From Tubulanus polymorphus (taxonomy: Eukaryota; Animalia; Nemertea): a DNA stretch of 64,000 nt. A model generated the notes under the pieces. It was given only the letters and a program-made list of their open reading frames with translations. It searched no databases and was not told the DNA's origin. Shown one piece after another: positions 52,203 to 64,000 of the stretch (position 1 is its first letter; every line of letters starts with the position of its first letter). The position numbers and the translations under genes were made by a program. The stretch is from the NCBI RefSeq assembly GCF_964204645.1, contig NC_134033.1:10052655-10116654 (forward strand), written 5' to 3'.

Positions 52203-52515
52203 CCCGGAGGAATGCTTTCATGCACGACGTGCGCGCAATAGACAGCGGAGTCTTACCGCCGTACGTGGCCAACAATGGGTCGGCGCCGTAACTTAGCAAC
52301 AGTCGCACGAATTCGATTCGATTGTTGTCGACGGCGTCGTGAATTGGACGGGTTCCGTCGCTAGCGCTGCAGTTGACGTCAGCGCCGAAGTTGATGAGGT
52401 GGATGGCGACTTGTATGTGACCTCTTAAAGCGCACTCGTGTAGCGGGGTGTAGCCAGCGTTATCCCGGATATTCACGTCCACGTGGCCAGTCTCCAGACA
52501 ATACAGAGCCACGTC
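52203..52515 (-). CDS. BCOR: BCOR exon: ankyrin repeats
   Basis: DVALYCLE..DVNIRDNAGYTPLHEC..GADVNCSASDGTRPIHDAVDN..VRLLLSYGADPLLATYGG is nearly diagnostic for BCOR; AG at 52516-52517, GTAAGT donor at 52202. Confidence 0.95.
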
Positions 52516-52599
52516 CTAGTAAAATACAACAGAAATCATGTTTGATTAACACTTTTTTGATTGATCGTTAAAAATTGAATTCTGTCCTGTGCTAGAAAT

Positions 52600-53375
52600 T
52601 AATAGGTTTAGAAAGCATCCATGGATTCAAGTAACTAAATACAAAAGTCATTGACTCGTTGAAATACACGTTTGACCTGCATGTCCTGCAACTCTTGCCC
52701 AAAAGCGCCCCCAATTTTCATTCTCCTGTCTCCCCGGGGTTTATAAACGTATTTTCTCAATTCAATTTTGGTTTATTTGATTATCGTCAGTTCAGTTGTA
52801 GATTTATCTATTTGTTAGTTTTGGCTCAAAACCCGCTACCTCATTAAATTCGGTTTGAGTAATCTCACATTCGTAACTTGGCTTCGGACCATAGCACCCG
52901 GCATAGGATCTTTTGCGAGTATTAATTTATATATTCAGCATATGTTTACTTTGTTACATTATGAATTATCATGCGTAATTGATTTCAAATGAAATAGGTA
53001 GTTTATGTGCCTTGTATGATATATATTTTTATATATTCTTATAGTTTTGGCAAACTCGAGATTTTATCTTGATTCCGTTCCCCCAAATATGTTTTGTGAT
53101 TAAGATGAAAAGGTTTAGAATGCATCCACGGATTCAAGTAATTAAATACATGGACTCGTTGAAATACAAGTAATTAAATACATGGACTCGTTGAAATACA
53201 CGTTTGACTATGTCTTGCTGATAAGATAGATAAGATAATTTTATTACTCTCCAACCATTTCCATGGTATGTGGAGGGAAAAAGGATTTTGTTTACAAATA
53301 TCTATATCCTGAAACTCATGAGCAGAAGCGCCCCCTATTGTTATTCTCGGATTTTCATCAATTCATCTTAGTTTA
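52600..53375. repeat. Diverged intronic direct duplication (52600-52775 vs 53110-53375); the second copy has a 32-bp tandem duplication and a short retroposon 3' tail
   Basis: Shared aggtttagaa.gcatcca.ggattcaagtaa.taaatac..gactcgttgaaatacacgtttgac; at 53220-53245 the - strand reads AATAAAATTATCTTATCTATCTTATC. Confidence 0.6.
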
Positions 53376-55684
53376 TCTCACCAAAACATCGTCATAATAC
53401 TGATAAAAAAGTTGTTGCTTTGAAGAAATGACGGATGACTATTTATTCAGTTTATTTCCCGTCGAGTAAGACGTAATTCATGGGTTGCGGGCTCGCTAGA
53501 CACGTGACGCGATGGTCGGAGAGCGCCCGTTACGCCCCGCACATCGCACAACACGCACCACGCATTATTTCATATCCGGTCTTAGTCGAGCGACACGCCG
53601 TTTGTCAGCACCGTTAGAATCTCGCCTGCCCTGCGAGATTACGCGGGAAATCGTGTGATCTGGCCTCGGTTTAATTACTGAACCAGCAGCGGCAGCGCAG
53701 CCGGAGCCGCAGCGGAACAGCGTTACGCCGTAATCCCGTTATAGTTTTATATGCAGCTCTTATCGCAGCTGTCGCGTCGGCTGTAATTGCACCGGACATA
53801 ACAACAACTAACGCTGCGACGTTTCGTGCATACGTTAATAAGCGGCGGCGACGGCGGCGTTGACGTTACGGCGTTATCGCGGCGTTATATTGAACGCAGT
53901 GACGGGTGAGAGCAGGGATCGATTGTCACGTCAATCTCTCTCACACAAACCGCCGCCGCCGCCGCCAGCACCGAATCATAATTTCATCAACGTCGGAAAA
54001 AAGACACGTAAAAGTCGGGACCTACCCGGGAGTCGCAACTAAGCACCCTCCTCCCCTTCCGAGTCGACGACGTAATCTTAGAAAAATAAATACTTTTACT
54101 AGAAGTTGAATAAACGTATTCTGTGGTACGAGATAAATTCCACTATAATGTCAGCCAAAGATGAAATGTTGTTATGTTACTATACATAAATGCTCTAATT
54201 TTCATTTTTGGTTGAAATGTGGGATTTATCTTGTATATCCACCTTACATGGATATTGTGTCACGACTTTTGTCTGTTGCAATTTTAACTTGAATTAACTT
54301 GAAAGGTCCGTTTAACCAGTTAAACTTTACGCGGAGTGCATCGAATTTCAAAGTGGTCACATACGTATATATATAGAGAGCTAACGCGACCAGTAGGTCA
54401 GTCCGATCTTGGAGTAAAGAGACCGTCTTTAATATTATTACCACAAGGTCTGACGAGGGAGTCATTGATAGGCGCGCTCGTATCAGCCATAAACAGCTTT
54501 ACCGGGAAAATGGACGAGTTTTATCCAGCTCTCTGTAGACTGCAGGTTATCGAAGTACGCACGTGATAGATCATCAAGCACCTGAGGGGCAGTTTTAGAT
54601 CGATGGGAAGTCTCTGAATACTCCGCACCGAGCGAGCTGCTGCCGCCGCGGCCGCCGCCGCCGTCGCGGCAGCTCTTTAGATCTTACAGCGCTCCCAGAA
54701 CCGTCTATTTCACTTTCATTAAAACGGCTTTGTTGTAAACGCGACGGTTTAATATCGACTTGGTTCTTATCATTTTTATTTCTGGCGTCGCAATTTTATG
54801 TTTACGATCGTATTTCAAACGCATTCGTTTTGCCGGCGTGCGTGCATACGTGGTGTGCGTGCTTGCAAGTGCTGAAACAGCGATATGTAAATCAGTCCCT
54901 CGTCGATACTTTCTTTTTGCAAAATAAGAAAATAAGAAGCGCCAGAATCGAGACTCAAGTTTACACAATAAACAACGAACCTTTTCGTTTTTTATCGAGT
55001 CTATCGATGGCATGCATGTGCGTTAAATGATGGAACTAAATAAAGCCCAGTTGTACAGTCGTGACTTCCAAACCAAAAGACTGGTCTGGAATAGTAAGAC
55101 CAGTTAAACGTTCTGGTCTTAAATCTAAGCTATGGCTGTGCAACTGGTCTTTGGTGAACATTTAATCGTGTTTTGTACTTTTCAACCGCCTGTAATTCAA
55201 GAATTAATCACAAAGCAGTCGTTTGGGACAAGAAGATATCTTGGCTCGATCGGGGGTGATCCGAGACGATTAGCTGCGAATAAAGATAGCCGCCAGGCAG
55301 CTCAGGGAACTGGCGTCACTCGGTGTTGTAGGAGAGACAGCGATCAATAATAGGATTTTATGAGTGTCTCTCGAGGGTTTAAACTGGTTTAAACTGGTTC
55401 TCACCACACGCGATCTTTAACACGCTAAGCCAATCGATATTATCGATCCGTCAACGACAATACGGCACGAACGTTAATCACTTTACTACCTCACTTACCC
55501 CGGGCTGGCTCCTACAGCCAGGGATACGGTTAACGGTGTGGTAGCTTATCATCAAGCGCTGGGGAGATTTGTTCCGGAATAAAGGCTCGCTATCATCGAT
55601 TACCTTGACACGATTAGATGAACGAACGACCCGCGTCACAGAAAAAAATGTGTTGTTACAAATAAACGGGTCAACACAATGGGT

Positions 55685-55880
55685 CGCTACTAGGTGGCGC
55701 TGATAATCGTCAACCACTGTGTCAAAGAAAGTGGCACCCTCTAGTTGTGAGCGATGTCGTCTATACGTGACGCTGCACCCTCTATATGTGAACGAGATCG
55801 TCTGTACATGATGTGGCGCCCTCTATATGTGAGCGCTGTCACTTCTACGTGGCGTGGTCCCCTATAGATGTGGGCGATGT
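55685..55880. promoter_or_regulatory. Cluster of CTCF-like motifs, partly in a ~41-43 bp tandem repeat
   Basis: CTACTAGGTGGCGCTG, then four units with gtggcaccctctag / ctgcaccctctata / gtggcgccctctata / gtggtcccctatag. Confidence 0.4.
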
Positions 55881-56095
55881 TATCTCTATGTTATCTCTCT
55901 GGTGCACGATCTATTTAATACCGAAAAAAAAATATAGCGATTTTCTCTAAAAAAATTTTTCAACGGAGGCAATTCTGAGAAATCGACAACGGCGTGGTTC
56001 TCCACCGCAACAGACGACAGGAGGGAAACTAACATCGATTTTATGTCATAATTTGCTGCTCGACGATTTTCTGTTAACGCCGTTTGAGCTCGTGC

Positions 56096-56460
<365 letters not shown>

Positions 56461-56721
56461 AGACGGTGGTATGGAGGCGTCACCGGCTTCAACATCGCCC
56501 ACTTCTTAACTGGTGTTGCTGCCGCTGCTGCCCACGTCTCATACGGCAGAGAAACCGATCTGAAAAACTGACCCGAGTGACCTTACTGACCCGACTGCAC
56601 CGACCATCGAGTTGGTGATAATTGGCTTCATTGGCACTACCGACACGGAATGCGTGTGAGTGGGCTTAAGTGGGGTTTTAGAATGGTAGAGATCGGAGTA
56701 GAACGTGCTCCACATGGAACA

Positions 56722-56860
56722 GTGGAGTGTTCCGAATGGATTCTGTTCCGTACGGAGTGGAGTGTGTTCCGTACGGAGTGGTGGAGTGTGTTCCGTACGG
56801 AGTGGTGTTGTGTGCCGTACGGAGTGGAGTGCGTTTCGCACGGGATGGAGTCTGTTCCGC
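56722..56860. repeat. Short tandem repeat with palindromic core TCCGTACGGA
   Basis: ggagtgtgttccgtacggagtg units, 21-24 bp period. Confidence 0.7.
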
Positions 56861-57117
56861 ATTCTTTCTCGACGATTCATGTAATGATTACGCGTTACGC
56901 CGTACTGCGGTAATCCCCGGTAACGTACCGTATTATTAACGTTCGAAATGTCAGCGTTGACGTCTCTCAGACGGCGACGAATGCTGGGGAAAAAATAAAC
57001 TACCAACGTCGTCGTCGTCGTCGTTTCAGCGGCGATGCGGCAATTTTTATAAAAGGCTAATTTTGAGATGGAACGACACGACTAGGGTACGGATAGTTAA
57101 CATCATACACCGCTTAC

Positions 57118-57246
57118 CTCGTAACTCAGTCTGGCGGCGCGATGCAAAACAGTCTCTCCTGAATTCTTATTAACCACCATTCGACGCATGAGTGGCGGAA
57201 CTGCGCGTCGACCGCTAGGGGACGCTTCATCACCCGTGAAATTAAC
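57118..57246 (-). CDS. BCOR: BCOR exon: start of ankyrin region
   Basis: [23 protein letters not shown] versus human [23 protein letters not shown]; AG at 57247-57248, GTAAGC donor at 57117; not in the ORF track. Confidence 0.92.
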
Positions 57247-57338
57247 CTAAAAAATATAGATAGAAAATATAATATCTATGCAGAAATAAATCAAAGTATC
57301 AATGAAATTCTATTGAAAGTAGAAAATGCGATACGTAC

Positions 57339-57529
57339 GTCGTTGTTTTCTGGTTGGTTTTCATTGTCACGAGGTGGCGCCTCCTTCGTCGAAGTTTTGT
57401 TCTTCTTGGCGCCGGTGACGCCGCGTTTACCGGCGGAGAGTTTTGAGTCGGACTCTGACGAGCTATTTTGATCGTCTGTCGACCCGTCTTCGTCGGTTCG
57501 TTTTCTTTTCGCCGTTGTTGATTTATTAC
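57339..57529 (-). CDS. BCOR: BCOR exon: basic/acidic region with NLS-like KRKR
   Basis: Acceptor tttgtAG at 57530-57531 (phase 1), donor GTACGT at 57338 (phase 0), 92-bp intron to the next exon. Confidence 0.75.
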
Positions 57530-58549
57530 CTACAAACAACACAAAGAAATAACGCATTATCAGACGCAGCGAGTTGTACGGGGATGAATTTGGCCCCGTG
57601 CCAACAACGATTTATTTTTTCTTCTTCCAATTCCTCGGCATGCTTCGAATTCTCAACGAGACGAATTAAACTGATAACTCGATTCGCGTAAATAATTTAT
57701 GAAAACTCTTTTGTCGTTGAACAGAGAAAAAAGTTCTCGGTTCGATCGTCGTTTCGCCGTCGGTTCATTTTTTTATATCTTTACGACGTCTACCAGCGGT
57801 GCTAGGCGACGCCCTTTCTTCCCCGGGCACGTCAGACGATACCTTTCTATTCATATTACAAATATATCGTTACACTAACACGCACACACACACACGCACG
57901 CGTGGAGCCAAGATCGATTTCACAACCTGCCCGTAAATTTATATACATATATACAACACATGACACGACACGAGAAGAAAAGAATGTATCCCATATACGC
58001 AAAACGAAGCTCGAGGCCATGACGAGCTTCTTCGTTCGGCTCGAGTTCTAGAGCGATATCATAAACCAGTTCCCTATCGACCGACGACGACGATTTGTTA
58101 GCCGATTCGAGTAAAAATGGTCGCGATGACGATAGTTATATATTTGTGTTCGCCGTTAAAAAGGACACGTACACAGGTAATCGCGTACATTGATTTTGCG
58201 AAAGTTTTCAGCGTTTATTCGACGTGTGCGAAAAGGTTTTTCTTTACGTCGGTATTTTCCCCCCACACAAAATTCACGTACGCACGCAACGATTTTGCGT
58301 TACGCACTTTTTACTGATCGATCGATTTTTTTTTCAACCGCGCTCTAAACTGCGCTGCAGGGGGTCGAATAAACATAAACAAAAGCAAACAAAAAAAACA
58401 GCAAAATTATTTGCATTTATTTCGCAGCCTGTAAAGAGGGAGGGAGTTGGGGAGCGCGGAGAGTGAAGAGGGGTGGAGAGCTGAAGGAATGGGAGTGGGA
58501 GGTGAGATTACAGAGAGCGATGATGGTGGAGATATAGTCCACGAGCCCA

Positions 58550-58865
58550 GAGTGATTTGGTCAGCCGAAAAGGTTACCAATTTCTAAGCACAGCTGTGCA
58601 TTAAATAGGAAATTCTATAAATGAAAATGTATTTCTGCTTGCGCAACTGTGGTGGGTGTGGTCACAATCACCAAATTTTCACATGGTGAAAATAGGCTAG
58701 ATCAGCTGAAAAGGTTACTGATCCAAACCCCAACCAATATCACATAAATCATGTATTTGTTTATGAATGACATGTGCCAGATATTTTCGTTGGTGGTGAG
58801 GGACCGATAGACAGGTTTTAATGGGGGGCTAACATGTGGCTAGGTCAGCTGAAATAGTTAGTGAT
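58550..58865. repeat. Degenerate ~141-bp direct repeats
   Basis: g(g/a)tcagc(c/t)gaaa(a/t)ggtta-like core at about 58559, 58700 and 58842. Confidence 0.45.
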
Positions 58866-60289
58866 AATAGAAGAGCGCGGACAATGAGAGGGGATAGGAA
58901 GAGTATCAGGAGTGCGCTATTTCATTTCGTGGCGCACAAACTGCCGACCTTATACCGCTAATTAAATGCGATCGTCGTTTCGTGCGGCAGCGGAAATACG
59001 GTAGTGGTGCTGGAAAAATTTCATTAATTTCGCTCAATTAGGCGTCAGTACGGTATCAGCGTGCGACGCAGGGTGAGCGAAGAGGGGCGCAGGGAGACGG
59101 GGAGCAGGGCGCACTATCAGCCAGTTTCACAGAGAGACACACGACAATTTGATCAATAACGTTCTCTCTTCTCTCTCCTCTTTACCTCTCTCTTGCTATC
59201 CTCTCTCCCTCGCCTCGTCACTCTCCCTCTCTCCTTCTATTCTCCCTCTCTATCCTCACGTCGGCGGGGCCTGGACGTTTACGCTGAACGTCAGTATCGA
59301 CTCTGACGGCGGCGGAATGATTACGTGATTACACACGGTTCGACGCGTTAACGCTGTAGGCAGATCGCTGCAGATTGATTTTATATTTATTCGTCCCTGG
59401 ATTCAACAAAACGGTTCAATCGATCGATCGTCCGTCTTAGTGAGACTGGTTCCCGCAACGGGCATCGACTTCAGTTTTACGTATAACTAATGCATTCCCA
59501 AATATTCGGATACTAATAATCTTAGCTCGTATCAAAATCGTACCAGATTCTATGGCAGGGGCAGAGAGTTTGCCTTCACAAAGTCACCCGGAGATCACTA
59601 TTGACGTCAAAAATAACAGGAAGTCAGGAATTCGTTAATTAACATCAATTAACACTCCTATTAACACGCGAGTAGTGTGAAAAATTTCTAAGATTCGTGT
59701 CGTAACGCTAGAATATCCGGGGCACCTATACGTAACGGAACGCAACGCCTTACTACGTACAAGGATTCGAAACCATGGGATTGGATCGATACTACGCAAC
59801 GAAATATTTAGAGACGTTTGTATGACTGGGGCCCAAACCCGCTTTCCCGGTAGATGACTCTCGTCCGGGTTAGGGTTAAATCGGATACGTGGCAATTGAC
59901 GTGGCTATTGTACGGCGAACGATCACATTCCGATCTGTCTGCGAATACTCGTTAAAATATCTGCGTTAATTGGACCCAACGCGAACTGTCGATACGTCGC
60001 CATCGTGTCGGCAGCTGCTGCTGCTGCTGCTGTTGTCGTTGATGCCGCTGCTGTCGCCGCGCTGTTAGTACCGATTTTACGGCCAACATAAACCGTCGGA
60101 ATCGACTTACAGATAGAATCAATAAAGGGAATTATCTGAAGCGATCCCTGGCAGTCGAGCGAGCGACGTTTATCTGCGGAGTTGCACCGACAGCGAGTCG
60201 ATAATGATTAAACCGGTCGCTAAGGCCACGTGAGGGGCATTACTTAGATCTTCGGCGATTAATAAATACTGAACCCGCACCTCACGACC

Positions 60290-60755
60290 TTGGAGAGAAA
60301 AGATTCTTTGAGTCCATAACCGAGGTTAACTGATATGGGGCAAAGCCTCGAATGCCCAAGCCTGAAATTCATCACCACATGTGCTAGGTGCTAGGCTCTT
60401 TTCCCCTGGCGGCCAGAATTTAAATTTCAGACCTTTTAGATAGGGATCTGCCCTAAGCGATGCCCTAGTTGTGAACCAAATTTAAAAATCATCGGCTGAC
60501 AAGTGCGGTCTCTAGGCTGTCGTTTTACATGTCGGCCCCTGGTGACCATTATTTGAACCTATTCGTCCCAATTTCAAATTGGGTTCTGCCCCAAATGCCC
60601 TTCTTATGAACCAAGTAAAAAGAAAAACGGCTAACAATTGCGACTTCTAGGCTGATATTAACGTCACATGCGGTGGCGGCGGCTGTCGCGGCGTATTCAG
60701 ACGCGGGTAAATCTATATGTCCCCTCTCAACTAAAGTCGAGCCGGGGACAAAAAG
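60290..60755 (+). mobile_element. Possible non-autonomous Helentron-like (HINE) element
   Basis: 3' stem-loop GTCCCCTCTCAACT-AA-AGTCGAGCCGGGGAC followed by an A-run (60719-60754), preceded by a GCG-rich simple repeat; 5' boundary uncertain. Confidence 0.3.
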
Positions 60756-61957
60756 ATATATCCTGTCCAAAACAAAAGCAAGCATTGATGCAATGTTTTT
60801 CTGCAATATATTCAGGCTTATTGTGAGGCCCTCGGCCGTTCGGTTGCCAAGCATGGTTACCACACGAGTTCATATTTGAGGTTAGAATACCGGAACCTGA
60901 ACCAGAACGTGTAAAAAACTTCAACAGTGAAATGTTTCTATTTCGAGCTGTTGCACGATCGCGAACTATTCTATTGAATTCCATTAACACCCGATAAACT
61001 AAAACACACAGATACCGCATAATGTCAGACACGCCATTTATACGTGTTCCCCATTTTGAGGGGAAGCAAGGAGAGGAAGGAAGAGAGAGAGAGAAAAAAC
61101 CGATTGAACGGAAACTCCGCGCGTTTCCAGTGAAGTAATCTGAACTGCAGGCGACGGCTTGAAAAAAAACTCCGATATCGGGATTGAAAAAAAAACTCGA
61201 AAAGCACTCGTCAGTCCGCTGTGCGGCTACGGCGGTGCGGTGCGGTGCGGTGCGGGGCGGTGCGGTGCGCGTGGTATTGATTCAGTCTCAGCTGGGAATA
61301 TTTAAAAAATGCCACGGCGACGGCGACGACGACGACTGTGGTATATCGTATAATTGCGTCTATAAGCAGCTGTTGGTCTGTGTATATAACGCTCGATTCT
61401 TGTGTCACGACATCCAGACATTTATATGTATATATATAAATCCGTTATACTAACTACGGAAATGGACGATTCTTCCTTATGGACAGCGACGACCCACCAG
61501 GGGCGCCAGTAGTTACTCATCTGATGTGTGATCACGTAACATTTCAACGATGATTAAAAGTGAAATGCGCGCCAGCTGGTGAGATAGTTGGAAGTAACAA
61601 CATGCGGTGGCGCCATCTATGTATTGACAAGCGGGTGGATATATTTTTTCTAACGGATGAAATACTCTTGCGAGTTATTTCAAATTTACCAATCTTCTCG
61701 AGCCGGCTCGTACCGCCGATGATGGCAAGCCGGCTCCCCGGGGACTGATTCAGCGTCAGTAAACCCTTGAATAGTAATTGCGACGGTTACGGTTTGAAAA
61801 GACGTCGAACGAAATACCGTCAAATTAATATTTACGACACACACACGCCTCACACACACACACACACAACCCTCCGTCACCGTCCGGATCATCCACTTTT
61901 AAACGTTGCTTAGCGTTAACGGCATCCGGCGCCACCGACCGAAGTAACCGCCGCCGC

Positions 61958-62073
<116 letters not shown>

Positions 62074-63902
62074 CGGTAACTCTGGAGGAATAAATCCTCG
62101 CGCGCGATATCAACGGTTCTAGCTACGTGACCCGAATGTGTCACGACACACGGCGTCAAATCTCGCAATTATCGTCGCCGCCTATTTTCGCTCGTTGGTT
62201 AATTCCGCGGGGATCTATCATTCGCGACAGCATTCGCCGAGACGCTAGACGCGCGCGTGACCTTTACGATCGCGACCTGGGTGTGTCTTCATAACAGTAC
62301 GATGACCATACAAGACCGAACAGTACGCTAGGTTTAAAACTAGCGATGGAAATCATTCCAAAAACCTCTATCCCCCTCCGCTTTCTTTCCTACCTCTCCC
62401 CCTCACTCTTCTTTCCTCTCCCAGTCTACTGTCTGACTTTCCATCTTCCTCTCCCTTTCTCGACTCCCCTATCTATTCCATCTCCACTTCTCAATCCCCA
62501 CGCTGCCCCCCCCCATCTCACCCTATTCCCCCCTCGATCTACTCTCTCTCTCCTTCCCCTTTCCCCCACTCTTTCTTTTTTTCTGTTTTTTTTTTCTGTC
62601 TCTCTCGCTGGGAATTAGCATCGACACGAACGAGCTGTCGCCATCAATTCTACAGTCAGTTAAAAGATACCGGACACGAGCGAGCGAGTGAGCGCCGCGA
62701 GAAAAACTATAATCACCCTGGCGTCGTCGGTTCGGGTGACAGATTATCAACTTATAACGACGCGTATTCGTATCGAATCCAGGGCCGCTGCCGACACCGG
62801 CAAATAGTGTAAAACACTAATGACATTGAAGGGTCATATTTTTAAAGCCAGACAATCAGTCGTTTACCACCGGTTTGGGTTGGATGGAAGATCTATTCAC
62901 ATGGACAGGAACCAACATTTCCAACTATATCTCACTTCGATTTCCGATTTCAAAATCGAAACCCTTTTAACCCACCAACCGATGAATCAAATAAAGTAGA
63001 CAATTTCCCTCCTTTGCAAGTTCTTAAAAAGAACTCCGGTAAAAATACACCACGTGTCTCGATGATGATGATGATGATGATGACGAAGACCTTTTTGAAG
63101 TGACTCTCGCCTCGCTAGTCTGACAGCGAGCGAGCATGTCTCAGAGCGGAGAGAGAAACACGACAAGAACCGAAATGTCATTGAGAATCGATATCTGCGC
63201 GCGGAGAAATACACGACATCTAAAAGATCACCGCCGCCGCCGCCGCCGAGCCGCGCGGAGTAATATTCCCAGTCGATAGCGACGAGCGATCGCCGAGCGA
63301 GCGAGTCTGGCATCCGGCCAAATTACCATCGGCGAAAAAAAAGAGACGGTAGATTTATAACGTAAAAACGCCCTGAAACGAACGACGACGGCGACGACGA
63401 TGACAGCAGCAGCGACGAGAGAAGAGCGAGTTGGAGAGAAGAGGGAGTCGGAAGGAGAAAGCCGTAAAAACTCACGTCTGATATTGAGTAAATAACGTCG
63501 AAGGAAACCCAAGTAAATCCGGCAAAAAATGTCACCGAATCGAAAATCACTTTTTCCGCATTTAGCGCAGCAAAACAGAAACCTCAAAACAGATATCGTT
63601 TAAAGAGAAAATAAACATCGTTCAATTCTAAATGTCAAAACTAAAAAAAACCCCAAAAATTCGCCAATTTATCATCGTTCGATAAAATGACGCACGCTTA
63701 ACTAACTGAGTTCGAATCCCGCGTATAAATAAACATAAAATATTTTTCTAAAGTATCTTTTATTCTCTGGCAGTCTGTGTCTTAGAAGGATCGATTTTTT
63801 TCTTCGGGAGGTTGATGTACGCGGACGCCCCCAGAGTAAACAGCCGGCAGTAACGGGTAAACGCCTTGTTAGCGAGATGTGTGCCGTGGACCCGGTACTT
63901 AC

Positions 63903-63915
63903 TCAAAGCCGACAT
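63903..63915 (-). CDS. Candidate first coding mini-exon of BCOR (MSAL-S)
   Basis: ATG TCG GCT TTG A / GTAAGTA: consensus donor, phase 1 matching the acceptor at 57529, with an in-frame TAA 13 codons upstream. Confidence 0.3.
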
Positions 63916-64000
63916 ACCACACGCGTCTAACGGATAATGGTTGACCGATTTTTACGTCGCTATCGGTATCTGCTCTCCCCCCCCCCCTCTCTCTCTCTCT

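Noticed and set aside
63228-63587. ORFs and the donor ATG/GTAATT at about 63326 as BCOR coding exon
   Set aside because: Phase is incompatible with the phase-1 acceptor at 57529, and the compatible frame has an upstream stop and no ATG

Overview
Eukaryotic (invertebrate bilaterian, probably lophotrochozoan; inference) genomic DNA with GT-AG introns and four host genes. (1) A single-coding-exon FAM43-like PTB/PID protein (322-1110, -). (2) A 3-exon cyclase-family metal hydrolase (KynB/isatin-hydrolase-like) with a signal peptide and a GPI-like tail (3401-8635, -). (3) A giant gene on + with three phase-matched coding exons (17771-17860, 20726-23171, 27452-43674; about 6,250 aa). Its last coding exon is 16.2 kb, and the protein is acidic, disordered and repeat-rich, ending in a plectin/plakin-type repeat module. 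(4) A BCOR/BCORL1 orthologue (ankyrin repeats + PUFD, -, 49036 to at least 57529) with an unusual ~520-aa C-terminal extension and possibly a very short N-terminus. Intron 1 of the hydrolase gene holds a collapsed Polinton/Maverick (adintovirus-like) relic: major capsid, integrase, packaging-ATPase and zinc-finger fragments that share a TAAATG start motif. The 9.5-15 kb region is a transposon nest: a CR1/L2-group LINE, a Mutator-like foldback element with a 9-bp TSD, a MITE, and a 37-bp P-like micro-element (a second, 24-bp one lies at 20100). A B-box-containing tandem array lies between the two convergent large genes, and CTCF-like motifs occur at several sites. All family assignments are from recalled motifs, not database searches.
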